Under the pieces are notes generated by a model, which saw only the letters and a list, made by a program, of their open reading frames with translations, was not told where the DNA came from and did no database searches. Position numbers and translations under genes: made by a program. Positions 9,496-20,770 of a stretch of DNA of 38,578 nt are shown here, one piece after another; positions within the stretch are counted from its first letter, which is position 1; each line of letters begins with the position of its first letter. This DNA comes from a virus. Taxonomy: Duplodnaviria; Heunggongvirae; Uroviricota; Caudoviricetes. The DNA is taken from the IMG/VR virus record IMGVR_UViG_2529292720_000015, one strand, 5' to 3'.

Positions 9496-9936
9496 TTAAA
9501 ACTCCCCGAGAACCTGGTCAATCTTGCCGCAGTCAAACACCCACGGCATCGTATTACCGGTTTTAGCGTTGGCGTTATCCGGTTGTTTCTGGAACGCAAC
9601 ACTGCGTGCCGTGATGATGTCGCCGCTGACCTTGTTGCGGATCACGATAACGTTATTCCCCCATGTGGCAGAAGACTGGCTCTGTGCGTTATACGCCAGC
9701 GACAATTTTTTATTTGTCGGTGATGTCTTCAGAAGGTTAACGGTAATCGTCCCGCTTTTATCTGCATGGAGGCTGTGCATCACTTCGCCATCAGCACCGA
9801 TGGTCATGGTGTTTTTAGGACCGCCCATCGCAACCACAATCCCCTCCTCAGAACTTGCCGAACCGTACCCGAGGTCAATCGAACCGGTCGGCCCGGTCAG
9901 CGTCGCAGTGACATCCATAAAAGAATAGGTAGACAT
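9496..9936 (-). CDS. tail tube protein, putative
   Basis: 146-aa ORF directly downstream of the putative sheath gene. Assigned by synteny. Confidence 0.5.
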   Translation of the reverse strand: MSTYSFMDVTATLTGPTGSIDLGYGSASSEEGIVVAMGGPKNTMTIGADGEVMHSLHADKSGTITVNLLKTSPTNKKLSLAYNAQSQSSATWGNNVIVIRNKVSGDIITARSVAFQKQPDNANAKTGNTMPWVFDCGKIDQVLGEF

Positions 9937-9946
9937 TCACTTCCCC

Positions 9947-11092
9947 TTAGCGAACAACGTTAATCTGTACGTCAGCGTAATGAACCGCGCCTGCAAGTTT
10001 TATTGCAGCCTGAATCACCGGAGCCTTACGGGCTTCACGTTCTGATTGTGCCTGTTCATCCAGCGGCTGGGCGTATACGTAATAACCTTTGGGCAGCGTG
10101 TCACCTGATGACAACTGCCCAAGGTCGCCACCGTTCCATACGCCCGGAGCAATCAGTCCATTCTGAACGGCCTGATCCAGTGATTTTTCTACATTTGATA
10201 ACAGTCGGGTAATACCGGTTTCAGTCTGGGGAACCTTCGTGGTGCTGGTATAAAGCAGGTTATAGAGGTTGGTCTGCACATAATTCTGTAACCAGTCCAG
10301 GCCGTGGCGTTCATCAAAGAAATCGCCGTTAGCCATCACTCCCTGCTGGAGGATAGCTGTATCATTCTGGTAGTACACGAACACATTGCAGTTTTTTGCA
10401 TCAAGTGCCGATGCCTGGCTGACTGTCAGTGTTTCATACCCGACACCCGGCTCCTGCTTAAACTTGAGCGTAATCGCGGTATTACTGCCATTGAAATTAA
10501 CCGTGAATGCCCGGCCAAATGCAGATAACGCAGCGTATTTATTACCCGATGAATACTGAATAAAACTGCGTGAATATCCGGCGGTTTTCAGTTTTGATGC
10601 CAAATCATCTCTGGATGCAGTCTGCAGGCATTTCTCATCGCTTGTCGTAATCGCCAGAATACGGCTTACAGAAGAGGATTCGATCGCCGCAGCCACTTTC
10701 AGCCAGTCTGCATCCGGAATATCTGCATCGTCTGCAATCCCCAGCCCATACCATGAAGTATAATCAAGCATGGCATTCACAGCCTGCTCCAGCGTCTCAG
10801 GCGTGGCCTGTTCGCTGTCTCCCTTCGTTTTCACCCAACGACCAACAAAAACCTCCTGAGGTTTCGGTGATTGTGAGAAAAACACCTGCGCAGCTTTATA
10901 TTCTGGTGATTCCACGCCAAAATCTTTTCCAATATCTTCCGCGGCAGAATAACGACGAATGCGCTCACTTACCGGAATGATTGTGGACGGGCCGAGAATG
11001 AGTAATGCACCAAAATTTCGCCCTGATGCTGCACGCGGCGACATGATCACATCAACATTAACAACGTTTGATACAGGCAAGCCCTGTGCCAT
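9947..11092 (-). CDS. tail sheath protein, putative
   Basis: 381-aa ORF followed by the tube gene, the usual order in a contractile tail. Assigned by synteny. Confidence 0.5.
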   Translation of the reverse strand: MAQGLPVSNVVNVDVIMSPRAASGRNFGALLILGPSTIIPVSERIRRYSAAEDIGKDFGVESPEYKAAQVFFSQSPKPQEVFVGRWVKTKGDSEQATPETLEQAVNAMLDYTSWYGLGIADDADIPDADWLKVAAAIESSSVSRILAITTSDEKCLQTASRDDLASKLKTAGYSRSFIQYSSGNKYAALSAFGRAFTVNFNGSNTAITLKFKQEPGVGYETLTVSQASALDAKNCNVFVYYQNDTAILQQGVMANGDFFDERHGLDWLQNYVQTNLYNLLYTSTTKVPQTETGITRLLSNVEKSLDQAVQNGLIAPGVWNGGDLGQLSSGDTLPKGYYVYAQPLDEQAQSEREARKAPVIQAAIKLAGAVHYADVQINVVR

Positions 11093-11095
11093 AGC

Positions 11096-11662
11096 TTAAT
11101 CTCCGAAAAAGATGACTGGTGCTTCCACCAGCGATTTAATACCGTACTCGCGCACAACCTTCCGGCGCAGGCGTACCGTCATATCGTAGCGGCGGACCCA
11201 TTGCTGATTAATAAGTTCAGGGAAGGGAGTCAGACCTGTGTAATCGCCAAGAGACAGCCCCAGCGCATTCAGTGCTGCATTGTTCTGCGGCACAGATATA
11301 CCGTCACGAAACCGGGACGCATACACCATCCCCGCCGGTCCATAAAACGAAGCCATACACTCAATCGTTTCATGCCGCCAGAGCTGAGAGCCATCATCGG
11401 TCTGTCTGGTGAATGCCGGACTGTCATCACCTGACCATCCGATAACCCCAAACGCACACCAGTTCGTTTCAACCGGTAGCAGTGGCGGCTGCTCTTTCTG
11501 CCAGCGCGGGCGAACCATCCCGGCAGACAGACCGGAAACGTTACGCATCCACTGGCTTAACAGCCTGTCGAGCGCTTCGTCATAATCCGGATCGCCACTG
11601 GTTGGTATTAACCATCCGCGCTCTGTACTGGTGTTATTGCTCAACCGGAGTTCCCCCATCAA
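11096..11662 (-). CDS. phage head-tail joining/structural protein, hypothetical
   Basis: 188-aa ORF between the head and tail modules. Confidence 0.4.
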   Translation of the reverse strand: MMGELRLSNNTSTERGWLIPTSGDPDYDEALDRLLSQWMRNVSGLSAGMVRPRWQKEQPPLLPVETNWCAFGVIGWSGDDSPAFTRQTDDGSQLWRHETIECMASFYGPAGMVYASRFRDGISVPQNNAALNALGLSLGDYTGLTPFPELINQQWVRRYDMTVRLRRKVVREYGIKSLVEAPVIFFGD

Positions 11663-12023
11663 ACGGCATCAACTCACAATGCGCCTGAACGAATCCGGCC
11701 CCATAAGCTGTATACGGGTCGACGAAGGTCACACGATAATCACGGCCCTGATACGTCACGATATCGGCATCACGGCCAGTCTGTCCCTGCGTCAGTCGCT
11801 CAGTCGTCACAATCAGAATTGCACCGCTGATTACCTGCCCTGCCTGCATACGGCGGTTTTCCAGAGAGCGATCAACAGTTACGACTCCGGCAAACTGCTT
11901 TTTAACTTCACTGTCGCTGCCGATCCCGTCCTCATCCACCGTTTGCACTCGGCGTGTTACCCACAAATTGAAGTCGCAAAAATCGGGGTCAAAAAGCACA
12001 TCTGTTACATCAAGAGTCGGCAT
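11634..12023 (-). CDS. phage head-tail joining protein, hypothetical
   Basis: 129-aa ORF, tightly packed in the structural operon. Confidence 0.4.
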   Translation of the reverse strand: MPTLDVTDVLFDPDFCDFNLWVTRRVQTVDEDGIGSDSEVKKQFAGVVTVDRSLENRRMQAGQVISGAILIVTTERLTQGQTGRDADIVTYQGRDYRVTFVDPYTAYGAGFVQAHCELMPFDGGTPVEQ

Positions 12024-12564
12024 CTTTATCCCTCACTACATGGGTAATAGCTCTGCGATATTGCCCGGTGTCAATTAATGGTTTCGCCAGATCGGTTCCG
12101 GGAGATTCGCCAGCAACACGCCGGGCAAGTTCCAGTGTTGCCCCCTTGCGCCCCCGACGAGCCCGGGCTTCAACAGTGCTGTCAGCAAGCGGCGTAAAGT
12201 CGGTAATAGTCATGTAACGCCTGACGCCATTAGCGGCCAGCGTTCCGGCACGGTTGAGTGCGCGTTCTGCTCCCGCAGCATTACCATCAAGAGCAGCCTG
12301 CGCCGCGGTTTTGAGCTGCGGCACCGTCTGCTCTTCTGCCGATTTAACGCCGGGGACCAGGTGAGGTCGTGGCGGGATGTTCTGCTCTGGTGAGCCGTAT
12401 TCGTTGAGGTAACCGATGCCCGCATTACCAAACGGAACATCATCCCGCTCGCTGTCTTCCGAAGGGATGCCGACCAGCACATCTTTTTTGGTTAACGACC
12501 TGAGCGCATCCAGAATGGCCTTAGCGTTATCCACCCTCGTTGTTACACCGCTTTTGAAACTCAT
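12010..12564 (-). CDS. phage structural protein, hypothetical
   Basis: 184-aa ORF in the structural operon. Confidence 0.4.
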   Translation of the reverse strand: MSFKSGVTTRVDNAKAILDALRSLTKKDVLVGIPSEDSERDDVPFGNAGIGYLNEYGSPEQNIPPRPHLVPGVKSAEEQTVPQLKTAAQAALDGNAAGAERALNRAGTLAANGVRRYMTITDFTPLADSTVEARARRGRKGATLELARRVAGESPGTDLAKPLIDTGQYRRAITHVVRDKDADS

Positions 12565-12968
12565 AGCTGGCGACCGCCTGCACCGAACATCGTGATCAAC
12601 TGATAAAATTCAGCGCCATATCGGGTGTTATTCCAGAAACCTGCATCAGGATTCAGCGTCGCGCTGGTGTCATAGCTGACGCTTACCTTGTCAACGGACT
12701 TTGAGGACTGAACACCATTGGTTGAACCGCCCGGACCACCAGCCAGCATCGCTCTGCTGTCTGCCGCCCAGAGCGTCATGTAGTGCGCAACGAACAATCC
12801 GGCAAAGTACGGAAACAACTTTTTGCCGGTGACGTTTTCACTCAGCAGTTCATCGGCCAGATTCAGACGAAACTGGATTTGCGCTTCGGGATATTTGGCA
12901 GGGTCAGCAAACTGCGGGAAGTCGCGGCGAAAATCACTTACCGCTGGCAGACTTTGATTCTTTGGCAT
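12561..12968 (-). CDS. phage head completion/connector protein, hypothetical
   Basis: 135-aa ORF with a 4-nt overlap to its downstream neighbour. Confidence 0.4.
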   Translation of the reverse strand: MPKNQSLPAVSDFRRDFPQFADPAKYPEAQIQFRLNLADELLSENVTGKKLFPYFAGLFVAHYMTLWAADSRAMLAGGPGGSTNGVQSSKSVDKVSVSYDTSATLNPDAGFWNNTRYGAEFYQLITMFGAGGRQL

Positions 12969-13156
12969 TTTTTTACCTCGTTACGCGCGTCTGTGGCTTT
13001 GCCAACGGATACTTCCGCGTGCGCACGAGTGAACCAGTGCGTGGCAACGTCTTCCTCCACAGCATGACGGCCTTTAACAAACTCGCGCCGTGAACCGTCG
13101 GGAAGCGTGAGCACAAACGGGGTATGTACGTGTATTACTGCATTATTTTTTGCCAT
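12938..13156 (-). CDS. small phage structural-module protein, hypothetical
   Basis: 72-aa ORF between the capsid and connector genes. Confidence 0.3.
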   Translation of the reverse strand: MAKNNAVIHVHTPFVLTLPDGSRREFVKGRHAVEEDVATHWFTRAHAEVSVGKATDARNEVKKCQRIKVCQR

Positions 13157-13197
13157 CGGGTCATCCTTAATGGCCCCGCCAGGGGGCCATGTGGCTG

Positions 13198-14139
13198 TTA
13201 AATGCCATCAACGTACGAAATGGTTTCTTTGTACACTGGCTCGACTGCACCCAGCTTGCCGTAGTAAGTGACGATCTGATACAGACCGCGATACTGCACC
13301 GGCACGCTCTGAAGCGGAACCAGCGGGTAGCGGACGTATTTTTTATCGTTGGTGTACGCAACCATGCGATCCTTATTCCCCACACCACGGCCTTTCAGCC
13401 ATTTAACCGCGCGGATATTCAGCGGAACACCGTTCTGGTGATAGCTGATGGTGTTGGTCTGAAGGTACGTCAACAGGGACTGGTTACCCGCAGATGAAAC
13501 GATGATGCTGGACAACAGAGCAAACTGCTCAGGCGGGATCAGCAAATCACGCGGAACCACAGAGTAACCGGAAGCGGCCCACGCATCAGACAGCACCTGG
13601 TTAATGCTTGCGCGGATTTCGTCCGGTGTTGAGGTTGCCCACGTTTTGGCAGCGTTGTTGACAGGCACGCCGTCCAGGATAACAAGACCTTTCAGGTTTA
13701 ATGCGGAATCGCCAACATATACCTGTTCATCGTTATCCATCTGCCATTTCAGTTGCATCCCGTCATACTTCTGCGTATCAATCGGGCGTCCGATCTGCTG
13801 AGCAGCCTGCAATTCTATGACCGTCCAGCCAAGTTCCATCCCCCACAGGTTCAGCGGGTTACCGGATTTGCCGATATCCACGTTCACGCCAGCAATAGCG
13901 GTTGAGTCTTTGCCTACCCAGTTTTTGCCATTCGGATTTGCACCAGTACCCGCAGCGGCGAAGCTGGTATTCGTCCAGCTGGAAATGTCATCTGCGATGG
14001 AGACATCTTCACGCAACTGAATATCGCGGGTCCAGGTGTACCCCACCAGTGGCAGGTTCAGCGTCTGGTCGAGTCGCTCCAGCTCCCCGATGAGAAAGGC
14101 ACCAGAGCTGTCAACGGTTGCCTGATCAAAAGTAATCAT
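13198..14139 (-). CDS. major capsid protein
   Basis: 313-aa ORF directly downstream of the scaffold/protease-like and decoration-like genes. Assigned by position and size. Confidence 0.65.
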   Translation of the reverse strand: MITFDQATVDSSGAFLIGELERLDQTLNLPLVGYTWTRDIQLREDVSIADDISSWTNTSFAAAGTGANPNGKNWVGKDSTAIAGVNVDIGKSGNPLNLWGMELGWTVIELQAAQQIGRPIDTQKYDGMQLKWQMDNDEQVYVGDSALNLKGLVILDGVPVNNAAKTWATSTPDEIRASINQVLSDAWAASGYSVVPRDLLIPPEQFALLSSIIVSSAGNQSLLTYLQTNTISYHQNGVPLNIRAVKWLKGRGVGNKDRMVAYTNDKKYVRYPLVPLQSVPVQYRGLYQIVTYYGKLGAVEPVYKETISYVDGI

Positions 14140-14150
14140 TCGTCTGTTCC

Positions 14151-14657
14151 TTAAATCTTCCAGGAAATTTCTGCATTGCCGTCAGCATCTCCGGCACCTG
14201 TGAATTCAGCGTTGGTCAGCACCACGTTTTTGCCACTGACTGACGTGGCCATGAATCCACCCAGCGGCACTTTGATGGATTCATCAGTGGAGACGACAAC
14301 GTATACCGGGTCGCCTTTTTTGATGGTGCTGGCATCAAAATCAGAACCGAGATTAACGGTCACGTAGCCACGCTTCATGGCGTCGCCCGGGAAGTTCTTG
14401 CCAGTCCCCACCTGGCGAACCATGTCCGGCTGCGAAGTGGTCGGATAAGGGCGCACGTAGATCCCCTTCACCTTGTCTGCGGTATCACCATCTGCCAGCG
14501 GCACGAAAAAACCGTCATCATCGTATTTACCAGCCAGGCCATAGGCAGCGAAGGCGTTATCGGATTTAAGGACCACCGGTTCGACGGTTAAGTCCTGCGG
14601 GCGAGAGACGGCCCCGGCAATGCCAACAGGCATCCGGTACAGAAATACATTATTCAT
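14151..14657 (-). CDS. head decoration/structural protein (DUF2190-like), putative
   Basis: 168-aa ORF between the scaffold/protease and capsid genes. Confidence 0.45.
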   Translation of the reverse strand: MNNVFLYRMPVGIAGAVSRPQDLTVEPVVLKSDNAFAAYGLAGKYDDDGFFVPLADGDTADKVKGIYVRPYPTTSQPDMVRQVGTGKNFPGDAMKRGYVTVNLGSDFDASTIKKGDPVYVVVSTDESIKVPLGGFMATSVSGKNVVLTNAEFTGAGDADGNAEISWKI

Positions 14658-14660
14658 TTT

Positions 14661-15881
14661 TTACCCTTTACGGTTTGCCCAGAATTCAGCGTTTTGTTTG
14701 TTCAGGGAAGCGATACTGGTCATGCCCATGTTTGGGCGCTGTGCATCGCCGGTGGTGGCGCGGGTGTTTCGCCCTTTGGCAATCTCAGACACGGCATTAA
14801 ACGCCATGTCGACCGATTGTTTCGGTAATTTGCGGATATCCGCATCACCGACTATCTGGCGAACCAGCGTTTTGTCAGCAGAAGCCAGAACCTCACGTTT
14901 GAACGCGGTCGGTTTCATCTTACGGCTCAGATCGATACCCGGAACGATAACTTCGGCACGCCAGGCTGAGTCACCAGTAATCGTGGTTTCCTCTTCATCG
15001 TCCTCGCCGTCACCGGTCGGATTATCGTCAGGCTTATTGTCGTTATCGCCCGTCGCATTTCCTTCCAGCTTAGCCAGCAGGGCTTTCAGTAATGTTTTGA
15101 GGTCATCATCACTATCGCCGGTTGGACCTCCGCCCATCTCTGGTGCTTTGTCCGGTAGCGGTTGCTGCGGGGACAGGTTGATGTTGAGATTAACGCCCTG
15201 CGGCAAATCCCCCTCATCTCCTGTAACCGATGCGGGAGCCGACTCCACCAGTTCGTTCATGGTGTCAGCGTCACCCGTTTTGATGGCCGTGCGCATGCGG
15301 GTCCACCAGCTTTTCTTTTGATTTGCCATTGTGTCTCTGTCTCCAATTGCACAACGATTTCCGGCTCTGCCTTTAGGGACAAGAGCCACATGGTTTCCGG
15401 TAATATCGACCTGCTGAGCCTTACCCGGCTCAGCCTGTTTATATTCCGCGTCATAGCCACACGACACTTCGCGCAGGCCATCTTCGATCAGCTGAATGGC
15501 GTTTTCGTCTTTGACGATAAGGTCAGCCAGCATCAAATCAGACTGCACACCCGCCCCGCGCCGGACATTCTGAAGATGCCCGACCGCGAGCTCTTTCCAG
15601 TTCTCTGGATTCACCAGCCGCACATCCCCGTTTTCATCCTCGGGATGCAACACCGTGATACTCATTCCTTCGAATGAGGCAAGCGTGGCGGGATGGAATA
15701 CCTGCTCAGGAGAACGCGTGACGACTATTTCACCGAACTTATCGGGTTTCAGTTTTGGCAGGTCATCAGCACCATAGAGCTGCTTACCTGTTCGTCCTAT
15801 CGGCACGTCTTTGCACAGCAACGAGCCGTCAGCCAGCTGATAGCGGGTTTCCCCCAGCCGGGTATTGAAAAAATATTTCAT
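14661..15881 (-). CDS. head scaffold/protease-like protein (DUF2213-like), putative
   Basis: 406-aa ORF with an acidic, low-complexity Asp/Gly-rich centre typical of scaffolding proteins, sited between head morphogenesis and capsid genes. Confidence 0.5.
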   Translation of the reverse strand: MKYFFNTRLGETRYQLADGSLLCKDVPIGRTGKQLYGADDLPKLKPDKFGEIVVTRSPEQVFHPATLASFEGMSITVLHPEDENGDVRLVNPENWKELAVGHLQNVRRGAGVQSDLMLADLIVKDENAIQLIEDGLREVSCGYDAEYKQAEPGKAQQVDITGNHVALVPKGRAGNRCAIGDRDTMANQKKSWWTRMRTAIKTGDADTMNELVESAPASVTGDEGDLPQGVNLNINLSPQQPLPDKAPEMGGGPTGDSDDDLKTLLKALLAKLEGNATGDNDNKPDDNPTGDGEDDEEETTITGDSAWRAEVIVPGIDLSRKMKPTAFKREVLASADKTLVRQIVGDADIRKLPKQSVDMAFNAVSEIAKGRNTRATTGDAQRPNMGMTSIASLNKQNAEFWANRKG

Positions 15882-15895
15882 GTGTTACCTGCGAT

Positions 15896-16669
15896 TCAGG
15901 CGGGGTAAGAATGGGAGGTGGGAAAAACAATTTCTTTATAACAGCGACAATTCGGGAGCTCGCCAGCGTGACCTGTCATGCCGTCAAGCGTTGGAGGTTT
16001 GCCCCATTCGACAAATTTACCTTCCATTTCCCGATGAGAATGCCTGACATCACCATCTTCGGCTGTACGCCAGATATAACCATTCGAACCAATTGACAGC
16101 GCACGCGCCTGATCCAGCGCGCCGGTTGCACGTCCAAGTTCAGTACGGGCAATCAGGTCAGCTCTGGACTTTGCTATATCACCCGATGCGGCTATTTCTT
16201 TAGCAAAATGTTCCGCTCTCCCACCGGTAACAACAGCTTCTATCGCCCGATTCTGGATGTCGTACACCCTGTCAGCCGCCTCGAGGGGTAGCGATTTGAT
16301 GTACTTAACCTGTTCAGCAACGATGGATTTCATCACCTGCCCTGGAGGGGCACTGTTTACCAGATTGCGTAGCTCACGGCTGATGGTTTTGCTGTGTTTA
16401 CGCCACTGCTCATCATTCTTGCGCACAATGTCGGCGGTAAAGTTTTCCGCGACCTTTGTCGCCCAGGGGGTGATGATTTCACTGTAGCGTTCCAGCGCCT
16501 CAATAATTTCCGTGATACTGTCATTTGAACCATCGTAGCGACCATTTACGATGTCCCCGACCGCCCGCGCTATCCTGCGTAGGCTGGTTCGATAGCGGAT
16601 TTCCGCCTGACGGTTCCTGCGGTTCGTCATCAGGTTCGCCGATGCCGGGCGGCGCTTCGTCTTCGGCAT
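15896..16669 (-). CDS. head morphogenesis protein (Mu gpF / SPP1 gp7-like)
   Basis: 257-aa ORF immediately downstream of the portal gene. The 5' end overlaps the portal 3' end by about 150 nt, so the true start may be internal. Confidence 0.55.
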   Translation of the reverse strand: MPKTKRRPASANLMTNRRNRQAEIRYRTSLRRIARAVGDIVNGRYDGSNDSITEIIEALERYSEIITPWATKVAENFTADIVRKNDEQWRKHSKTISRELRNLVNSAPPGQVMKSIVAEQVKYIKSLPLEAADRVYDIQNRAIEAVVTGGRAEHFAKEIAASGDIAKSRADLIARTELGRATGALDQARALSIGSNGYIWRTAEDGDVRHSHREMEGKFVEWGKPPTLDGMTGHAGELPNCRCYKEIVFPTSHSYPA

Positions 16670-17987
16670 TCTCGATGTCCTCGTCGGTAATGGATGCCCC
16701 GATGCCGGTTACGTCAGAATTTTCGCGCAAATCAGTCATAGCAGCTTTCAGTGTCATCAGACCATCACCCAGCGCTGTACTGATTGCGTTGGTGGTATTT
16801 AATGCCCCCGTTGAACGATCGACATCAGACATTTGCCAGAGCGGGTTAAACTCAAATGTGAAATCATCCGGGAGCGGCTTGCCAAGTTCCGAACGATGCA
16901 TGATGTCCAGTATCCGCCGCACCGGAAGACGTAAACGCCTCTCCTGCAACGAACTTACCCGGTCGTAATAGTTGGCAAGGTCTGCATCGCCGGTAGAAAA
17001 TCCCTTCGGGGACTGTCCGAACAACCGCACCAGTGGGATACCAACAGCGCCACTAATCTGTTCTGCAAACTGTGAAAGGATGTCATCCAGACCACTGAAG
17101 CTGTACTGATGGGTTTCAAACTTATCCCGCGAGTCCATGAGAGTCATGCCTTCATTGCTCTGGAACTGTCGAATCAGGTCAATATTCTTCAGCAACGCTT
17201 CATACGCAGGACCACCAAGTGCGATAAGCTCGCGTAGCTTCTCCACGCTGTAGGTACGCAAATGCGCCTTGTAGACCAGCTGCGCCGCACCGACAGTAGC
17301 GCTGTCGAACGCGGTAAGACGATCCCAGATACGCTCTACAACCGACATTCCCCATTCGTTCTCGGTCATCTTCTGCTGAAATGGCAGCGTGACGCCATCA
17401 AAGCGAATCAGGCGACTGTGATGAATGCGCCAGGCAGGAATTCCCGTTGCTGTGGTCACCACATCATAAAACTCAGGTTTACCCAGGTCCGGCCCCATAT
17501 CTTTAATGCGGCGGGTCAGTATCGGATCAATCATCCAGCGGTCGAGCGGGAGAATCCCCTTAAACTTGCCCTTACCGATGGTTTCGGGTCGCAGCGGGGT
17601 CATTGGTGCCTGCCCCTCAATCATGATGAAACCCACCGCGCCGCCGTAGAGGCGCGACCATTTCAGCACGTCATTCAGCGCATCCCAGATTTGCAACTCA
17701 TCCAGTTGTGATTCGAGAATGCCACGATCTTTTGCATCAATTTCCGAAGTGATGCGAATGCCTTTGCGGGTCATATCATCCGGGATAGCATCGACTGCTT
17801 CGCCGATGATCCAGGAAGAACGATAGGACCATTCCACCAGCATGCGGTTACGACTGGTGAAATTAGCCCGGTAGGTGGATGCTGAGTGCTGGTTAGGTGT
17901 CTGCATCCCTACGCGGGCGATAAAATTCTCATAACCATCAGCTGTGGCCTGCGCAGTTCGCCGCAGGGCTTGTTTGTTTCGTGCCAT
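16521..17987 (-). CDS. portal protein
   Basis: 488-aa ORF whose start abuts the stop of the large terminase gene (positions 17987). Confidence 0.6.
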   Translation of the reverse strand: MARNKQALRRTAQATADGYENFIARVGMQTPNQHSASTYRANFTSRNRMLVEWSYRSSWIIGEAVDAIPDDMTRKGIRITSEIDAKDRGILESQLDELQIWDALNDVLKWSRLYGGAVGFIMIEGQAPMTPLRPETIGKGKFKGILPLDRWMIDPILTRRIKDMGPDLGKPEFYDVVTTATGIPAWRIHHSRLIRFDGVTLPFQQKMTENEWGMSVVERIWDRLTAFDSATVGAAQLVYKAHLRTYSVEKLRELIALGGPAYEALLKNIDLIRQFQSNEGMTLMDSRDKFETHQYSFSGLDDILSQFAEQISGAVGIPLVRLFGQSPKGFSTGDADLANYYDRVSSLQERRLRLPVRRILDIMHRSELGKPLPDDFTFEFNPLWQMSDVDRSTGALNTTNAISTALGDGLMTLKAAMTDLRENSDVTGIGASITDEDIENAEDEAPPGIGEPDDEPQEPSGGNPLSNQPTQDSAGGRGHRKWSLRWFK

Positions 17988-19609
17988 CAGGCCTGTCTCC
18001 CTAGCAACTCCCAGATGTTCAGGGCTGAATTCATTGGGGCATAGTTGATCATCACCGAGTCGGCAAGATTTGGCGACCGGGTCCCATCAGGCTGTTTATC
18101 AATAACGATTTTTCCCACACCATTAATGGAATAGGTCGGCTGCGAAAGCTCGATGATGAGTTTATCTTTGAGTGCCATGCTACTGCTGATTGAGATGATT
18201 TCGTCCGGGTTGTAAGCCATACCTTCAACCACGGCGCGCCAGGTATTCTGAAAAAGTTTACGTAACCGCCACCAGCTTTGGGCTTTGGCGTTAGCGAAGA
18301 AGTCCTTGTTCAGACGTGCGGCTTGCCCGTTGTCCCCGCGAACAGCTTCATCATCCGGATCAAATACCGCGCCACTACCTCGAAACGGTGTGGCGAGTAT
18401 TGACGGTCGACGCGCAGCGTTACGCAGTTCGTTGATAGCGCGTGCATCGCCGCGAACGCCAGCGCCCAGCCCGTCCTCGTCAAAGCGAAACTCTTCGAGG
18501 TTATCCTGTTCGCAAAAGCCGAAAACCTTCTCGACGGACTGATAAATGTCGCTGCCCACACCAGACCATTCCCGCACATTTTCCAGGAGGAAGCCATGAC
18601 GGGTGGAAAAGGCATTTTTGTCCCTGCCTTCGTCGGCGACATCCATCGCGCCAAGTCGTTTGCCTGTTGGCTGGATACCCAGTTTGATATGCGCATCAAC
18701 GGCAGCCTGTACCCATTCGGATGGAATCAGGACGCCTTCCGCTGATGCGCTGTAGTTCAGATCAAGTTCCTGTGCCACCACCACCGGATTATCGATTTTC
18801 TCGCATTCCCTGCGATACCACTCTTCATCCTTGCGAGGATCATCCCGCCAGTGGAATGTGAATACCGGTATCTTCCCGCCATGACGCTTCTGAGCGAACG
18901 GGTTCGCCATGCCGTTAACTGAACTCAAGTCGATACGGCAACGCGTCGTTTGTGACAACGCCGCATCAATCAGCAGAGGACGCTGAAGGAATGCAGCCTC
19001 ATCAACCAGATAAAGCGTGGTACGGTCACCACGACCAATATTATCGCCAGCCTCGCCTTTGATAACGGCACCAGTTTCAGGAAACTCAACACGCATATAT
19101 GGCGCGTGCTTCTTCTCGCTCCACGAACCGCGAAACTCTACAGGCAGTGTTTCCACGAACTTGCGCGCCTTCCAGAACAATGCTTTCGGGTCACCGGTGC
19201 TGTCGACGTATTCCTCTTTACGGGAGCCGAAACCGATAACCATTTCTTTGTTGAAGAGACAAAGCGAACATGCCAGTCCGATCGCGGTCCAACTGAGCCC
19301 CATTTCACGGGATTTTTCGGTAATACCATTCTCCCGATTGCCCCAGCGTTCCATAATCCAGTGGATCCACTCCTCCTGCTTAGGGAAGAGTAAAAACGGA
19401 ATGGTCACCGGCAGGCCATAATCAATATTACGCGGGTCCGTTGTCATGCCCCAGTCGATGATGAACTGAGCCGGATTAGTTCGGTAAAACTGTTTTAGTG
19501 CAGGCAATATTTCAGGATTCTGGCGAATGCGCTGTAGGCGTTCCATCCGCCATTCAAAAACCATCTGGTAATCAGGATGTTTAAAATCGAAGGGGAATGG
19601 TAACGGCAT
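17987..19609 (-). CDS. terminase large subunit
   Basis: 540-aa ORF following the small terminase subunit, with an ATPase-like N-terminal half and a nuclease-like C-terminal half. Confidence 0.8.
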   Translation of the reverse strand: MPLPFPFDFKHPDYQMVFEWRMERLQRIRQNPEILPALKQFYRTNPAQFIIDWGMTTDPRNIDYGLPVTIPFLLFPKQEEWIHWIMERWGNRENGITEKSREMGLSWTAIGLACSLCLFNKEMVIGFGSRKEEYVDSTGDPKALFWKARKFVETLPVEFRGSWSEKKHAPYMRVEFPETGAVIKGEAGDNIGRGDRTTLYLVDEAAFLQRPLLIDAALSQTTRCRIDLSSVNGMANPFAQKRHGGKIPVFTFHWRDDPRKDEEWYRRECEKIDNPVVVAQELDLNYSASAEGVLIPSEWVQAAVDAHIKLGIQPTGKRLGAMDVADEGRDKNAFSTRHGFLLENVREWSGVGSDIYQSVEKVFGFCEQDNLEEFRFDEDGLGAGVRGDARAINELRNAARRPSILATPFRGSGAVFDPDDEAVRGDNGQAARLNKDFFANAKAQSWWRLRKLFQNTWRAVVEGMAYNPDEIISISSSMALKDKLIIELSQPTYSINGVGKIVIDKQPDGTRSPNLADSVMINYAPMNSALNIWELLGRQA

Positions 19610-19611
19610 AC

Positions 19612-20184
19612 TTAGCCCATCATTTTTCTATACGCCTCTGCAGCCTGCTCCGGCGTTAAGTTGGTAATTTCTGTTCTGACGGGTCCTCCATCAGCGCCAG
19701 TCACTTCATTTTTGACGTTGTCTTTAAACGCCTGAACAGAAACATGACGCCCAAGCAACTCAAGGTTTTTAACCTTATCAGGCCACTTAATCTTTTTAAG
19801 GATCCCGACCATTTCTCTGTCATCTCCTCGCCCCTCAAACATTTCAGCGAGGTTAAATCCACTCAGGTACCGACGCCACGATTCCGGCCACGCAGACAGA
19901 GGCTTAATACTTAAATCGTCCTCCAGGATGTCAGCCACATCGAGCCTGTCGATCTCAACCAGTCGCATCAGCACATAATTCGCATCAATGCCCAGTTGAT
20001 CAATACGCTCCTGCTTTAGCTCGTTAATACGGGCGCGTATCTCAGGTTTACCGTATAGTTCAGCCCCCGTAACATGTGCTCGCCTGGAGACGTAGCCTGC
20101 GCGAATAGCTGCTTGTGTAGCATTCAGATCGACAAGAAACTCGCGACAAAACACCTCGTGTTTTGCTTTCAGCTTCTTAGTCAT
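19612..20184 (-). CDS. terminase small subunit (P27-family-like)
   Basis: 190-aa ORF whose N-terminus ...[22 protein letters not shown] matches the conserved motif of Terminase_2-type small subunits from memory. Confidence 0.7.
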   Translation of the reverse strand: MTKKLKAKHEVFCREFLVDLNATQAAIRAGYVSRRAHVTGAELYGKPEIRARINELKQERIDQLGIDANYVLMRLVEIDRLDVADILEDDLSIKPLSAWPESWRRYLSGFNLAEMFEGRGDDREMVGILKKIKWPDKVKNLELLGRHVSVQAFKDNVKNEVTGADGGPVRTEITNLTPEQAAEAYRKMMG

Positions 20185-20245
20185 TTTATTTTCCAGTTAT
20201 CAGGTCATTATCGAAGCCCCTCCTGGAAGAGCTTCTGTAATGCTA

Positions 20246-20770
20246 TTACCGGGACTGTTCTATTTGTCGGACACCAGCCAACTGGTTATTCGCCTTCTCG
20301 ATGGCTGCCAACAGTGGGTTAATCCACAGAACAGCCTGGCAATATGTCAACGTTCTGGTGGTAGTGGCACGATCACCGGCTGAGTCAATGTCCCCGGAAT
20401 CGGCGTGCAATGCGCTGGCACGTAAACGGTTCGCGTAGTTGAGCAACCCGACAGCAATATCAACAGGAACAGGGAAATCACAGTTCTTTTCACGGAGCAG
20501 AACCTCACGGTATTTGATGACTGTCTTCTCGTGACCGATGTCGACCAGAGAATTTAATCGGCTTGCGTTTTCTGCTATCTGGTTAAAACGATTGAAGTTT
20601 AATGCCTGATTAGCTATCACTTTCCCTTGATATTCAGCTTCACCTTCCGCTTTATCAGCCCGCAACTTTTCTGCCTGATACTTGCTGTGGTAATGGTTTG
20701 CAGACCAGACGAGCGCCCCAAAGGCAGAGAAGAAAAATGCCGCGATGACAATCTTATAAGTCAGCTTCAT
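20246..20770 (-). CDS. Rz-like spanin (i-spanin), putative
   Basis: 174-aa ORF with an N-terminal TM helix (KIVIAAFFFSAFGALVW) and a coiled-coil periplasmic part, directly downstream of and overlapping the endolysin gene. Confidence 0.5.
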   Translation of the reverse strand: MKLTYKIVIAAFFFSAFGALVWSANHYHSKYQAEKLRADKAEGEAEYQGKVIANQALNFNRFNQIAENASRLNSLVDIGHEKTVIKYREVLLREKNCDFPVPVDIAVGLLNYANRLRASALHADSGDIDSAGDRATTTRTLTYCQAVLWINPLLAAIEKANNQLAGVRQIEQSR

